Shown here piece by piece: positions 26,051 to 34,376 of a stretch of DNA of 64,000 nt. The notes beneath the pieces were generated by a model. That model saw nothing but the letters and a program-made list of their open reading frames with translations. It was not told where the DNA came from and did not search any database. The stretch is taken from the NCBI GenBank assembly GCA_036675475.1, contig JAKFEY010000001.1:10442-74441 (forward strand), in the 5' to 3' direction. The DNA comes from Vicinamibacterales bacterium (lineage in GTDB: Bacteria > Acidobacteriota > Vicinamibacteria > Vicinamibacterales > SCN-69-37). How positions within the stretch are numbered: the first letter of the stretch is position 1; each line of letters starts with the position of its first letter. A program made the translations under genes and the position numbers.

Positions 26051-28969
26051 ATGTCTCACATTCCGTCGCTCAGGCAGGCCCGTCCGGCCGCAGCCCTCAT
26101 TCTTTTTGCCGCAGTTCTCGCTTCGTCAGCCGCGCCGTCGGCGCGGCAGGCGCGCGGCGCGCAGCGCATCGACGAGGAATACACGAAGCTGATTCGCGAG
26201 CATTCCACCGAGAAGCGCGTGATGACCGAGCTGGTCGATCACCTGCCGGCATCCGACACGGTGCCGACGCCGCTGAAGGTGCTCGGCTACGTTCCCGGCA
26301 CACCCGGGAAGATGACGTATCACTCCGAAATCGTCCGGTACCTGCAGGCGCTCGACAAGGCGTCGGACCGGGTGACGATGACGGTGATCGGCAAGAGCGA
26401 CGAGGGCCGCGACATGGTCAGCGTCACGATTGCGGATGAAGCGACGATTCGCAGCCTCGACAAGTACAAGCAGATCACGGCGCAGCTGACCGACCCGCGC
26501 AAGATCTCGGACGAGCAGGCGCGGCAGCTCGTCGCCACCGGCAAGCCGATCTACTACGCGATGGGCAGCATCCATTCGACGGAGTACGGCAGCCCCGAGA
26601 TGCTGATGGAGCTCGCGTATCGGCTTGCGGTGGGCGAGTCGCCGTTCATCCAGCAGATTCGCAACAACATCATCTTCGTGCTGACGCCGGCCACCGAAGT
26701 GGACGGCCGCGAGCGCGCGGTCGACAACTTCCGCTTCCAGCAGGCGAACCCGGGCGAGCCGGCGCCCGGCATGGTGTATTGGGGCAAGTACGTCGCGCAC
26801 GACAACAACCGCGACGCGATGGCGCAGGGCCTGCGGCTCACGCAGGTGATGATGAAGACGTTCCTCGACTGGCATCCCACCGTGTGGCACGACCTGCACG
26901 AGTCGGTGACGCTGCTCTACACCTCCACCGGCACCGGCCCCTACAACCCCATCGTCGACGCCATCCAGGTGGACGAGTGGTGGCTGCTGGCCAAGACCGA
27001 GATCATGGAGATGACCAAGCGCGGCGTGCCGGGCATCTGGACCTACAACTTCTATGACGGCTGGGTGCCGAACTATCTGTTCTGGATCGCCAACACGCAC
27101 AACTCGATCGGCCGGTTCTACGAGACGCAGAGCTACCGCGGCACGAACTACGCGCTGGGCGCGGCGCAGAGCCGCGAATGGTACCGGCCGAATCCGACGC
27201 CGGCCAACGTGCAGTGGGGGCCGCGCAGCAACATCAACATGCAGCAGTCGGCGCTGCTGCTCGCGCTGAACCACGTCGCGAAGAACAAAGAGACGTATCT
27301 CGACAACTACTACGTGAAGGCCAAGCGCGCGATCGCGCGCGGCAAGGACGGCACGGACGTGCCGAACGCGTATGTGATTCCCGCGGCGCAGCACACCGCG
27401 GCGCATGCCGCCGATCTCGTGAACATGGTGCGCATCCAGGGCGGCGAAGTGCACCGCGCGACGTCGGCGTTCAAGGCGGGCGGGGTTGACGTGGCGGCGG
27501 GCGACTACATCCTGCGGATGGATCAGCCGTACGGCCCGCTCGTCGAGACGATCATGGGCGTGCAGTGGTATCCGGCCGACAACCCGCGGCCGTACGACGA
27601 CCTGGGCTGGACGTTCCCGTACCTGCGCAACGTCAAGCACCACGTCATTCGCGACAAGGCCATCCTCACGCAGCCGATGACGCTGATGACGGCCGACGCG
27701 AAGCTGACCGGCGGCGCGTCGGGCACCGGCCGCACGCTCGTCATCAATCACACCACCGACAACAACCTCGCGACGTTCCGCTTCATGCACCCGAAGGTGA
27801 AGATGCTCGCGGCCGAGAAGGAGTTCGAGGCTGGCGGGAAGAAGTTCGTGGCCGGCTCGTTCATCATTCCGGACGCGGATCGCGCGACGCTCGACACGTC
27901 GCTGACCTCGCTCGGCATTGCGGCGGTGGCGGTGGATGCGATGCCCTCGGTGGCGACGCACGACCTCGACGTGCCGCGCGTCGGCTACATCCACACGTGG
28001 ACCAACACGCAGGATGAAGGCTGGGTGCGCCTGGCGTTCGATCACTACAAGATTCCGTACACGTATTTCGCCGACAACACCATTCGCGCCGGCGCGAACC
28101 TGAAGGCGAAGTACGACGTGATCATCTTTCCGCACACGAGCGGCAGCGCCGCGTCGATCCTGACGGGGCGGACCGGGCCGACGCCGGTGGAGTACAAGAA
28201 GAGCAGCGTCACGCCGAACATGGGCGGCGTCGACGAAACCAGCGACATGCGCGGCGGCCTCACGCGCGACGGCCTGCGCGAGCTCGAGAAGTTCGTCGCC
28301 GAAGGCGGCGTGCTCATCACCGAAGGCGTCACGTCGACGCTGTTCCCCGAGTACCGCCTCACCGAGGGCGTGACCATTGAACAGGCCGAGGGCTTGTGGG
28401 CGCCCGGCTCGGTGCTGAAGGCGAACTTCGCCGACAAATCGAGCCCGCTCGCGTACGGCTATAACCAGAACGCCATCGGCGTCTACTTCGACTCGTCGCC
28501 GGTGATGCGCGTCGGCAACGCCGGCTTCGGCGGCGGGCGCGGCCGCGCGGGCGGTCCGGATCTCGGCCAGCCGAATCAGCAGCCGAACGCCGCGGCGCCG
28601 CGGCTCACCACGCTCGAGGGCGGAACGGCGCCGACGCCGGCTGGTGCCGCGCGCGCGGGTGGCGGCGGTGCTGGTCGCGGCGGTGGTGGCGGACGCGGCG
28701 GCGGCGGCGGACAGTTCGCCGCTGCATCGGCGCCCGGCCAGCCGCGCGTGATCCTGCAGTTCCCGAACGAGGCCGACGACCTGCTGCTGTCAGGCGGCCT
28801 GGTCGGCGGCGAGGCGCTGACCGGACGCGCCGTGCTCGTCGACGCGCCGCTCGGCAAAGGCCACGTCGTGATGTTCGCCACGCGCCCCTACTGGCGCTGG
28901 CAGACGCACGGCCTGTTCTTCCTCGGCTTCAACGCGATGCTGCACTGGAACGATCTGGACGCGAAGTAG
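26051..28969 (+). CDS. large exported M14-family metallocarboxypeptidase-like protein (972 aa)
   Basis: Signal peptide. YHSEIVRYLQAL, GSIHSTEYGSPE (HxxE zinc motif), NPGEPAPG ... HDNNRD. Gly/Arg-rich low-complexity tract near the C-terminus. Confidence 0.8.
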   Translation: MSHIPSLRQARPAAALILFAAVLASSAAPSARQARGAQRIDEEYTKLIREHSTEKRVMTELVDHLPASDTVPTPLKVLGYVPGTPGKMTYHSEIVRYLQALDKASDRVTMTVIGKSDEGRDMVSVTIADEATIRSLDKYKQITAQLTDPRKISDEQARQLVATGKPIYYAMGSIHSTEYGSPEMLMELAYRLAVGESPFIQQIRNNIIFVLTPATEVDGRERAVDNFRFQQANPGEPAPGMVYWGKYVAHDNNRDAMAQGLRLTQVMMKTFLDWHPTVWHDLHESVTLLYTSTGTGPYNPIVDAIQVDEWWLLAKTEIMEMTKRGVPGIWTYNFYDGWVPNYLFWIANTHNSIGRFYETQSYRGTNYALGAAQSREWYRPNPTPANVQWGPRSNINMQQSALLLALNHVAKNKETYLDNYYVKAKRAIARGKDGTDVPNAYVIPAAQHTAAHAADLVNMVRIQGGEVHRATSAFKAGGVDVAAGDYILRMDQPYGPLVETIMGVQWYPADNPRPYDDLGWTFPYLRNVKHHVIRDKAILTQPMTLMTADAKLTGGASGTGRTLVINHTTDNNLATFRFMHPKVKMLAAEKEFEAGGKKFVAGSFIIPDADRATLDTSLTSLGIAAVAVDAMPSVATHDLDVPRVGYIHTWTNTQDEGWVRLAFDHYKIPYTYFADNTIRAGANLKAKYDVIIFPHTSGSAASILTGRTGPTPVEYKKSSVTPNMGGVDETSDMRGGLTRDGLRELEKFVAEGGVLITEGVTSTLFPEYRLTEGVTIEQAEGLWAPGSVLKANFADKSSPLAYGYNQNAIGVYFDSSPVMRVGNAGFGGGRGRAGGPDLGQPNQQPNAAAPRLTTLEGGTAPTPAGAARAGGGGAGRGGGGGRGGGGGQFAAASAPGQPRVILQFPNEADDLLLSGGLVGGEALTGRAVLVDAPLGKGHVVMFATRPYWRWQTHGLFFLGFNAMLHWNDLDAK

Positions 28970-28970
28970 G

Positions 28971-29010
28971 CAGGCTCCAGGCTCCAGGCTCCAGGCTTCA
29001 GACTCCAGAC
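28971..29010. repeat. heptanucleotide tandem array (CAGGCTC)3 plus 2.7 degenerate units
   Basis: caggctc caggctc caggctc caggctt cagactc cagac, starting 2 nt after the stop codon. Confidence 0.8.
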
Positions 29011-29014
29011 ATGA

Positions 29015-29050
29015 CCCCGGGCGGACAACGCCGCCCGGGGTTTTTCTTTT
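29015..29050 (+). terminator. rho-independent terminator
   Basis: Perfect 10-bp GC stem ccccgggcgg / ccgcccgggg, 6-nt loop, then tttttctttt. Confidence 0.8.
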
Positions 29051-29052
29051 AA

Positions 29053-29087
29053 GCCTCTGGTCTCGGGCCTCTGGCCTCTGGCCTATA
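29053..29087. repeat. heptanucleotide tandem array (GCCTCTG-type, 5 units) abutting the thiO ATG
   Basis: gcctctg gtctcgg gcctctg gcctctg gcctata. The last unit runs into ATG 29087. Confidence 0.8.
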
Positions 29088-30169
29088 TGATCGTCCATGT
29101 GAACATCGCCATCGTCGGCGCCGGGATCGTCGGGTGCGCCATCGCGCACGAGGTCGCGGCGCGCGGGGCGAAGGTCACGGTGTTCGAGCGGCGCGGGGTG
29201 GCGCGCGGGGCGAGCTGGGCGTCGGCGGGCGTGCTTGCGCCGTGGATCGAAGCGCAGGAGCAGGGACCGCTGCACGAGATGTGCGCGCGCAGCCTCGGGA
29301 TGTACGACGACTTCGTCGAGCGCGTGCGGCGCGACGGCGGCGCGGCGTTCGAGTACGCGCGGCCAGGCACACTCGAAGTCGCCTATACAGAGGAACAGGC
29401 CGAGGCGCTGCAACAAACCGCGCGCACGCTGGCCGCGTCCGCTGCGCGCGCGGAATGGCTCGATCGCGATGCGGCGCGCGCCCTCGAGCCGGCCGTCAAC
29501 GAGTTCATCCTCGGCGGCCTCCGCATCGATGAACATGGCTTCGCGGAGATGCCCGGCATGGTCGACGCAATCGCCTCGGCGGCGCGCATGCGCGGTGCGG
29601 CCTTTCATGCGCCGGTCGACGTCGCGAAAATCGAACCTGCGCCGGGCGGCCTCGTCCGCGTGCAGGCCAACGGCACCCCGCAAACCTTCGATCGCGTCGT
29701 CATCGCCGGCGGCAGCTGGACCAACCGGCTGAAGGCCGGGGGCCCGAGAATCAGTCCTGTCAAGGGACAGCTCGTGCGGCTGCGCTTTGATGCCGCTCCG
29801 GCCACGCGTGTGCTATGGTCCGACGCCTGCTATATGGTTCCCTGGCAGGACGGGACGCTGCTGGTTGGCGCGACAATGGAAGACGCCGGCTTCGACGAGC
29901 GCCCGACATCGGCGGCGGTGGCGTCGCTGCTGGCCGCGGCGGCGCTGCTGGTGCCGGCCACGCGCGACGCGACCTTTGTGGACGTGCGCGCCGGGCTGCG
30001 GCCCGCGCCCTCGGACGAGGAGGGCGTGCCGTTTATCGGGCCGTCGCCGTCGATCGCCAACGTGACGATTGCGGCGGGACATTTCAGGAACGGCGTCCTG
30101 CTGGCGCCGCTCACGGCGAAGCTGGCCGCGGATCAGGTGCTGGGAGACTCGAATGCCGAAGCTGACTGA
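29087..30169 (+). CDS. thiO: FAD-dependent glycine oxidase-like oxidoreductase (DAO family)
   Basis: IAIVGAGIVGCAIAHEVAARG (dinucleotide fold). C-terminal AAGHFRNGVLLAPLTA typical of ThiO. Substrate is not provable from sequence. Confidence 0.7.
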   Translation: MIVHVNIAIVGAGIVGCAIAHEVAARGAKVTVFERRGVARGASWASAGVLAPWIEAQEQGPLHEMCARSLGMYDDFVERVRRDGGAAFEYARPGTLEVAYTEEQAEALQQTARTLAASAARAEWLDRDAARALEPAVNEFILGGLRIDEHGFAEMPGMVDAIASAARMRGAAFHAPVDVAKIEPAPGGLVRVQANGTPQTFDRVVIAGGSWTNRLKAGGPRISPVKGQLVRLRFDAAPATRVLWSDACYMVPWQDGTLLVGATMEDAGFDERPTSAAVASLLAAAALLVPATRDATFVDVRAGLRPAPSDEEGVPFIGPSPSIANVTIAAGHFRNGVLLAPLTAKLAADQVLGDSNAEAD

Positions 30170-30464
30170 CGATCAAATCAACGCGCGGCTGCCAAAACTG
30201 CAGGGATGGTCGCGGCAGGGCGACGCGCTCACGCGCACGTTCGCCTTCCGCTCCTACGCCGATGCCGTGGCGTTCGTCGTCCGCGTCGCGTTCGAGGCCG
30301 AGGCCAACGATCATCATCCCGATGTCGCGTGGAGCTTCCGCAAGGTGACGCTGAACTGGTCGACGCACAGCGACGGCGGCATCACCGACAAGGACTTCGA
30401 CGGCGCCGCCGCCGCCGATCGCATCGCCTCGTCCACGCCGCAGTCGACCGCCCAGAAGTCCTGA
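30153..30464 (+). CDS. pterin-4-alpha-carbinolamine dehydratase (PCD/DCoH)
   Basis: Trimmed to ATG 30153. LQGWSRQGDALTRTFAFRSYADAVAFVVRVAFEAEANDHHPDVAWSFRKVTLNWSTH (HHP catalytic motif). Confidence 0.85.
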   Translation: MPKLTDDQINARLPKLQGWSRQGDALTRTFAFRSYADAVAFVVRVAFEAEANDHHPDVAWSFRKVTLNWSTHSDGGITDKDFDGAAAADRIASSTPQSTAQKS

Positions 30465-30468
30465 CCGC

Positions 30469-30948
30469 ATGCAGCTGAAGGGCAGCTACAGCGCGCGTGA
30501 AGTGGCCGCCTTCACCGGGCTGTCGGCCCGCCAGCTGCAGTGGTGGGACACGCACGGCGTCTTCCCGCCCGCCGTCGCGCCGAAACGCACCGCCGCCGGC
30601 GGCTTCACCGAGCGCCGCTATTCGCCCATCGACACGCTGGATCTGCTCGTGCTCGCCGAGCTCCGCCGCCGCAAATATTCGGTCGACGACATCCGCCGCA
30701 TCATCGAGGTGCTGCGCACGCGCTTCGGCGCGCGCCCGCACGAAACGCTCGAGAACGCCGGCCGCATGACGCTGCTCACCGACGGCACGGAGATCTTCGT
30801 GCGGATCGGCGACCGCTATTTCAATTTGCTGCGGGATCCCGAGCAGCCGCTCCTCGTGGGCGAGGAGCGGCTGAAGGGCGTCAAGGTGAGACGAAAGGCT
30901 AGTCGATCGGGAAAACGTCTTCCACGCCCTCGCCGGGCCGCGGAATGA
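30469..30948 (+). CDS. MerR-family HTH regulator
   Basis: [25 protein letters not shown] ... [20 protein letters not shown]. The 3' 50 nt overlap the convergent BMC-H gene. Confidence 0.7.
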   Translation: MQLKGSYSAREVAAFTGLSARQLQWWDTHGVFPPAVAPKRTAAGGFTERRYSPIDTLDLLVLAELRRRKYSVDDIRRIIEVLRTRFGARPHETLENAGRMTLLTDGTEIFVRIGDRYFNLLRDPEQPLLVGEERLKGVKVRRKASRSGKRLPRPRRAAE

Positions 30949-31189
30949 CATGCACGCCGACGAGCTGACCGACTTTGCGCGCGGCGGCGGCGCCGGCGTC
31001 GGTGGCCGCTTTCACCGACGCGGTGTCGCCGCGGACGATGGCGGTGACCATGCCGGCGTCGACTTTCTGCCAGCCGACGAAGTCGACGTTCGCGGCTTTC
31101 ACCATCGCGTCCGCCGCTTCGATCATCCCGACCAGGCCGATCGTTTCGACCATGCCGAGCGCGTCGCCGTCATGTTTCTTCTGCGCCAC
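30899..31189 (-). CDS. bacterial microcompartment shell protein, single-domain BMC-H (PduA/EutM/CcmK type)
   Basis: Trimmed ORF 30899..31780 to GTG 31189. [77 protein letters not shown] aligns along its full length with the Pfam00936 consensus. Confidence 0.9.
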   Translation of the reverse strand: MAQKKHDGDALGMVETIGLVGMIEAADAMVKAANVDFVGWQKVDAGMVTAIVRGDTASVKAATDAGAAAARKVGQLVGVHVIPRPGEGVEDVFPID

Positions 31190-31191
31190 GT

Positions 31192-31887
31192 TTACTTCTT
31201 TCCGAAGCCGGTGACGACCACGTCGAGGTTGTGGCTCGCGCGCAGGCCGTAGATGCCGTCGGTCGACGCGAGCTTGTCGGCGCCGATGAGCGCGGCCTTG
31301 TCGAACGACGCCACGACCTGGCCATTGATCGCGCACGAGGCCGTGCCGTCCTTCACCGTCCAGGCGATCGTCTGGGTGACGCCGTCGGCGCCGGCCTTGT
31401 TGACGGCGGCGTGCGCCGCGGGCCGCACGCGGCCGCCTTCGCCGGGCGCCGGCGCGAAGTTCACGACCTTGCCGCCACTGAAGCCACGCACGAGGTAGGT
31501 GCCGTTGCTGTACGCGAGGCAATACACCAGGTTCGGCGCGTCGGTGTCGAGATCCTTGCCGCCGATGAAGATGCCGTACGGATGCGGATGGCCCGCATCG
31601 GGCTTGGCTTCCTTGAACGTCGCGCTGACGGTGTAGTTGCCCGACGCCTTGTTGGCGTCGTTCCAGTAGAACGCGGCCGGACCGATGGTCAGGTGCAGGT
31701 CGTCGCCCGCCTTCGCGAACTTCGAGTCGTTGATGGTCAGGCCCTTTTTCACGGCCCCGGCGTCGATCTTGCCCTTCCATCCGTCGACGGCAATGCCGCC
31801 GCCGGTCACCTTGCGGTCGGCGTCCTGGGCCAGGGCAAGGCCCGGCACCGCGAGAGCGAGCGCGAATACGAGAGAGATCCTCTTCAT
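31192..31887 (-). CDS. secreted protein, possible concanavalin/LamG-like jelly-roll (DUF1080-like)
   Basis: Trimmed to ATG 31887. [22 protein letters not shown] is a Sec signal. Beta-rich. C-terminal [18 protein letters not shown]. The fold call is tentative. Confidence 0.55.
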   Translation of the reverse strand: MKRISLVFALALAVPGLALAQDADRKVTGGGIAVDGWKGKIDAGAVKKGLTINDSKFAKAGDDLHLTIGPAAFYWNDANKASGNYTVSATFKEAKPDAGHPHPYGIFIGGKDLDTDAPNLVYCLAYSNGTYLVRGFSGGKVVNFAPAPGEGGRVRPAAHAAVNKAGADGVTQTIAWTVKDGTASCAINGQVVASFDKAALIGADKLASTDGIYGLRASHNLDVVVTGFGKK

Positions 31888-31897
31888 AGAGCGAATC

Positions 31898-33022
31898 CTA
31901 CAGGATCCGGCCCCGGGCGGCCACAGGAACGCTTTCGGCCACCATCTCGCCGTCGAGCAGGTGCACGATATCGACCATATTCGAGACGACGCAGGAGTGA
32001 TTCGGGATGATGCGCACGCGATCGCCAATCGCGAGGGCAGGCGCATCCGGCGCGACTTTCACCGTGGCGTGCTCTTCGGACAGGCGCTCGATCGTGAAGC
32101 CGTCGTGCGGCCGCAGCGCCGCATCCGGCGAGGGGGAGAGGGCGCCGTACCCGGCAAGCGGCGAAAACCCGCGCGCGCCGTCGTTGGTGAGGGTCTTGCT
32201 GCCCGCGTCCAGGATGATTCGGCCGGGATGCTTCGCGACCACCGTTGAAAGCACCGTCAGCGCGCAGTCGTCCACCGTCGCCGCGCCGAGGCCGACCTGC
32301 GTGCGGTCGAAGTACACGTAGTTCCCAGGCCGCAGTTCGGTGGGGCCCGGATGGGTCACCGAGAAGCGCGCGGTTGGCGTGGAGCCGATGCTGATCTCGT
32401 CAATCGCCACGCCCTTCTTCCGCATGTGCGCGGCCAGCCGCGTCATCGCGTTCACTTCTTCTTCCGCAATCAGCCGCAGCGCCGCTTCGGAGGACGCGTG
32501 GTAGCCGTGGCCCGCGTGGCTCAGGATGCCGCGCAGCTTCAGCCCGGGCAGCGTCGCGACCAGCGAAATCAGATGCGGCGCTTCAGGCGACACCGGGTCG
32601 ACCCCGCAACGATGAAAGCCGACGTCGATCTTCACGAGCACGTCGAGCGTCCTGCCCGCCCTCTTCATCACATTCGCCCACGCCGTCGCCACTTCCGCAT
32701 CATCAACAATGATCGACAGGCGGGTGCGATCCATGAGCGGCAGGATCAGGTCCTGCTTCGACGGATGAACGGGATAGGGAATGCGGATGTCGGGGATGCC
32801 GGCGTCGGCAAACACCGCCGCCTCCGACGGCTTCGCGCAGCAGATGCCGGTGGCGCCGCGCGCGAGCTGCTGCCGCGCGATGGCGGGCACCTTGTGTGTC
32901 TTGGCGTGCGGGCGCAGCAGCAGGCCGGCCGCGTCGGCCGCGCGCTGCATGGTGTCGATGTTGCGGGTCACCCGGGCGGTGTCGATGACGACCGCGGGTG
33001 TCGGGAGGTCCGTGATCTGCAC
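31898..33022 (-). CDS. D-threonine aldolase / D-serine dehydratase-like PLP enzyme (alanine-racemase-N fold)
   Basis: LPTPAVVIDTARVTRNI, RPHAKTHK (PLP lysine), GILSHAGH, PGNYVYFD, IIPNHSC. Confidence 0.8.
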   Translation of the reverse strand: MQITDLPTPAVVIDTARVTRNIDTMQRAADAAGLLLRPHAKTHKVPAIARQQLARGATGICCAKPSEAAVFADAGIPDIRIPYPVHPSKQDLILPLMDRTRLSIIVDDAEVATAWANVMKRAGRTLDVLVKIDVGFHRCGVDPVSPEAPHLISLVATLPGLKLRGILSHAGHGYHASSEAALRLIAEEEVNAMTRLAAHMRKKGVAIDEISIGSTPTARFSVTHPGPTELRPGNYVYFDRTQVGLGAATVDDCALTVLSTVVAKHPGRIILDAGSKTLTNDGARGFSPLAGYGALSPSPDAALRPHDGFTIERLSEEHATVKVAPDAPALAIGDRVRIIPNHSCVVSNMVDIVHLLDGEMVAESVPVAARGRIL

Positions 33023-33032
33023 GGATGCAACG

Positions 33033-34268
33033 TTAACTCATGAAGCCCGCAAAACGCTTCTCGTCGATCTTGTAGCCTGGAAAGACGTTCGAGGCATCGC
33101 GCAGCTCGAGGTGACGCGTCACGACTTCGGCAAAGACGTCGCGGAAGTCCGTGGTGATCGCGAGATCGCGTCCCTGCCAGCGCTGCTCGACCTCGAGGCC
33201 GGGCCAGCGGCCGTAGACCTTGCGTCCTTTCACGCCCGCGCCGAGCGCGATCATGGCGTTGCCGTGGCCGTGGTCAGTGCCGCGGTTGCCGTTCTCGGCC
33301 ACCGTGCGGCCGAACTCAGACATCGTGAGGATCACGACGTCGCGCATGCCCTCGCCGAGGTCGGTCGCCAGCGCCGCGATGCCGCGCGCGAAGTCGTCAA
33401 GACGGTTGGCGATCTGTCCGGTGGCCGCGCCTTCGTTGGCGTGATGGTCCCACTGGCCCGATTCCGCGAACGCGATCTCGAGCCCGACGTCGGCCTTGAC
33501 CAGCTGCGCGATCTGCCGCAGCGACTCGCCGTACGGCGACCGCGGATATTGCGCGCCGTTGGCGGGCGTATAGCGCGCGGGGTCGACGTCTTTCAGCGCG
33601 CGCACGGCGTCGAAGGCGTCCTTGCCGGTGCGGCCGAGGACCTGGTCTGCGGCCGCGGCGTACTCCGCTTCGAAGGACGCCTGCACGTTCGCGGTGGCCT
33701 GGCCCGCGCGGATGCCGAACTGATCGAGCCGCGCAATCGCCAGCGCGGGCGCCGTGCCCTGCAGTGTGCGCGGCAGCTGCGGCGCCAGCGCCACGGCGCG
33801 GAACGGCGTCGCCTTCTGATGTTCCTTCGCGTGCAGATACCGATTGAGCCAGCCGTCGCGCGTGCTCTTCACGCCCGGCGTGCCGCTCTCCATGTAGTCC
33901 TGCGCGTCGAAGTGCGAGCGCGTGTCGTCGTGCGATCCGGTGGCGTGAACGATGGCCAGCTCGCCGCGATCCCAGAAGGGTTTCAACGGCGACATGCGCG
34001 GATTGAGCCCGAAGAAGCCGTCGAGATCGATCGCGCCGTCGGGCCGTCCAGGCTGTCCCACCGCGATGCTCGGCCGCGCGCGGTAATAGCCCGCGTCGCC
34101 GAACGGCACGATCATGTTGAGGCCGTCGACTGCGCCGCGCTGGAAGATGGTGATGAGCACCTTGTGGCGCTCAGCTGCCCACGCCGTCCGCGCCAGAAAG
34201 GTGGGCGCGAAGCCCAGGCTCACGAGCGCCATGCCGCCGTTCTTGAGGAAGATGCGCCTGTCGATCAT
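33033..34268 (-). CDS. DUF1501 (sulfatase-fold) protein with Tat signal
   Basis: MIDRRIFLKNGGMALVSLGFAP (twin-Arg). FQRGAVDGLN, TGSHDDTRSHFDAQDYME, TMSEFGRT, GTDHGHGN. Start trimmed to ATG 34268. Confidence 0.85.
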   Translation of the reverse strand: MIDRRIFLKNGGMALVSLGFAPTFLARTAWAAERHKVLITIFQRGAVDGLNMIVPFGDAGYYRARPSIAVGQPGRPDGAIDLDGFFGLNPRMSPLKPFWDRGELAIVHATGSHDDTRSHFDAQDYMESGTPGVKSTRDGWLNRYLHAKEHQKATPFRAVALAPQLPRTLQGTAPALAIARLDQFGIRAGQATANVQASFEAEYAAAADQVLGRTGKDAFDAVRALKDVDPARYTPANGAQYPRSPYGESLRQIAQLVKADVGLEIAFAESGQWDHHANEGAATGQIANRLDDFARGIAALATDLGEGMRDVVILTMSEFGRTVAENGNRGTDHGHGNAMIALGAGVKGRKVYGRWPGLEVEQRWQGRDLAITTDFRDVFAEVVTRHLELRDASNVFPGYKIDEKRFAGFMS

Positions 34269-34376
34269 TGCTGCGCCTTTCAACGCGTTGGCCTTCCGCA
34301 AGCTTTCTTCGCGCTCGCGATTAGACGCTCGCGCTCAGAAACTTGCTCACGGCCACCGCTCTACAATCGATTCCGT

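Noticed and set aside
26126-28135. 669-aa minus ORF antisense to the M14-like gene. The same kind of long antisense or off-frame ORF also occurs at 7065..8372, 9095..10312, 13143..14681, 15273..16598, 17086..18504, 18625..20169, 20081..21166, 37264..38634, 39172..40113, 40854..42026, 43793..45115, 45088..46053, 47342..48289, 48571..49404, 50784..51758, 52265..53350, 52473..54257, 54682..55989, 56079..57683, 62270..63418 and 62352..63350.
   Set aside because: All overlap a frame with strong homology-type motifs. All show the Arg/Ala/Gly/Pro/His bias expected of non-coding frames in very GC-rich DNA.
28970-29086. TPP riboswitch upstream of thiO. I also considered a preQ1 riboswitch at 61712-61759 upstream of queF and a glycine riboswitch at 42366-42416 upstream of the GcvT-like gene.
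   Set aside because: These regions are too short (48-51 bp) or are fully accounted for by repeats plus a terminator. None of the conserved cores (for example the CUGAGA / ACCUGA of the TPP aptamer) are present.
30899-30948. The 50-nt convergent overlap of the MerR-family and BMC-H genes, taken as evidence that one of them is spurious
   Set aside because: Both translations carry full family signatures. The MerR tail ([17 protein letters not shown]) is probably read-through low-complexity sequence, and such 3' overlaps recur in this window (12289-12320, 36934-36953, 50574-50605).
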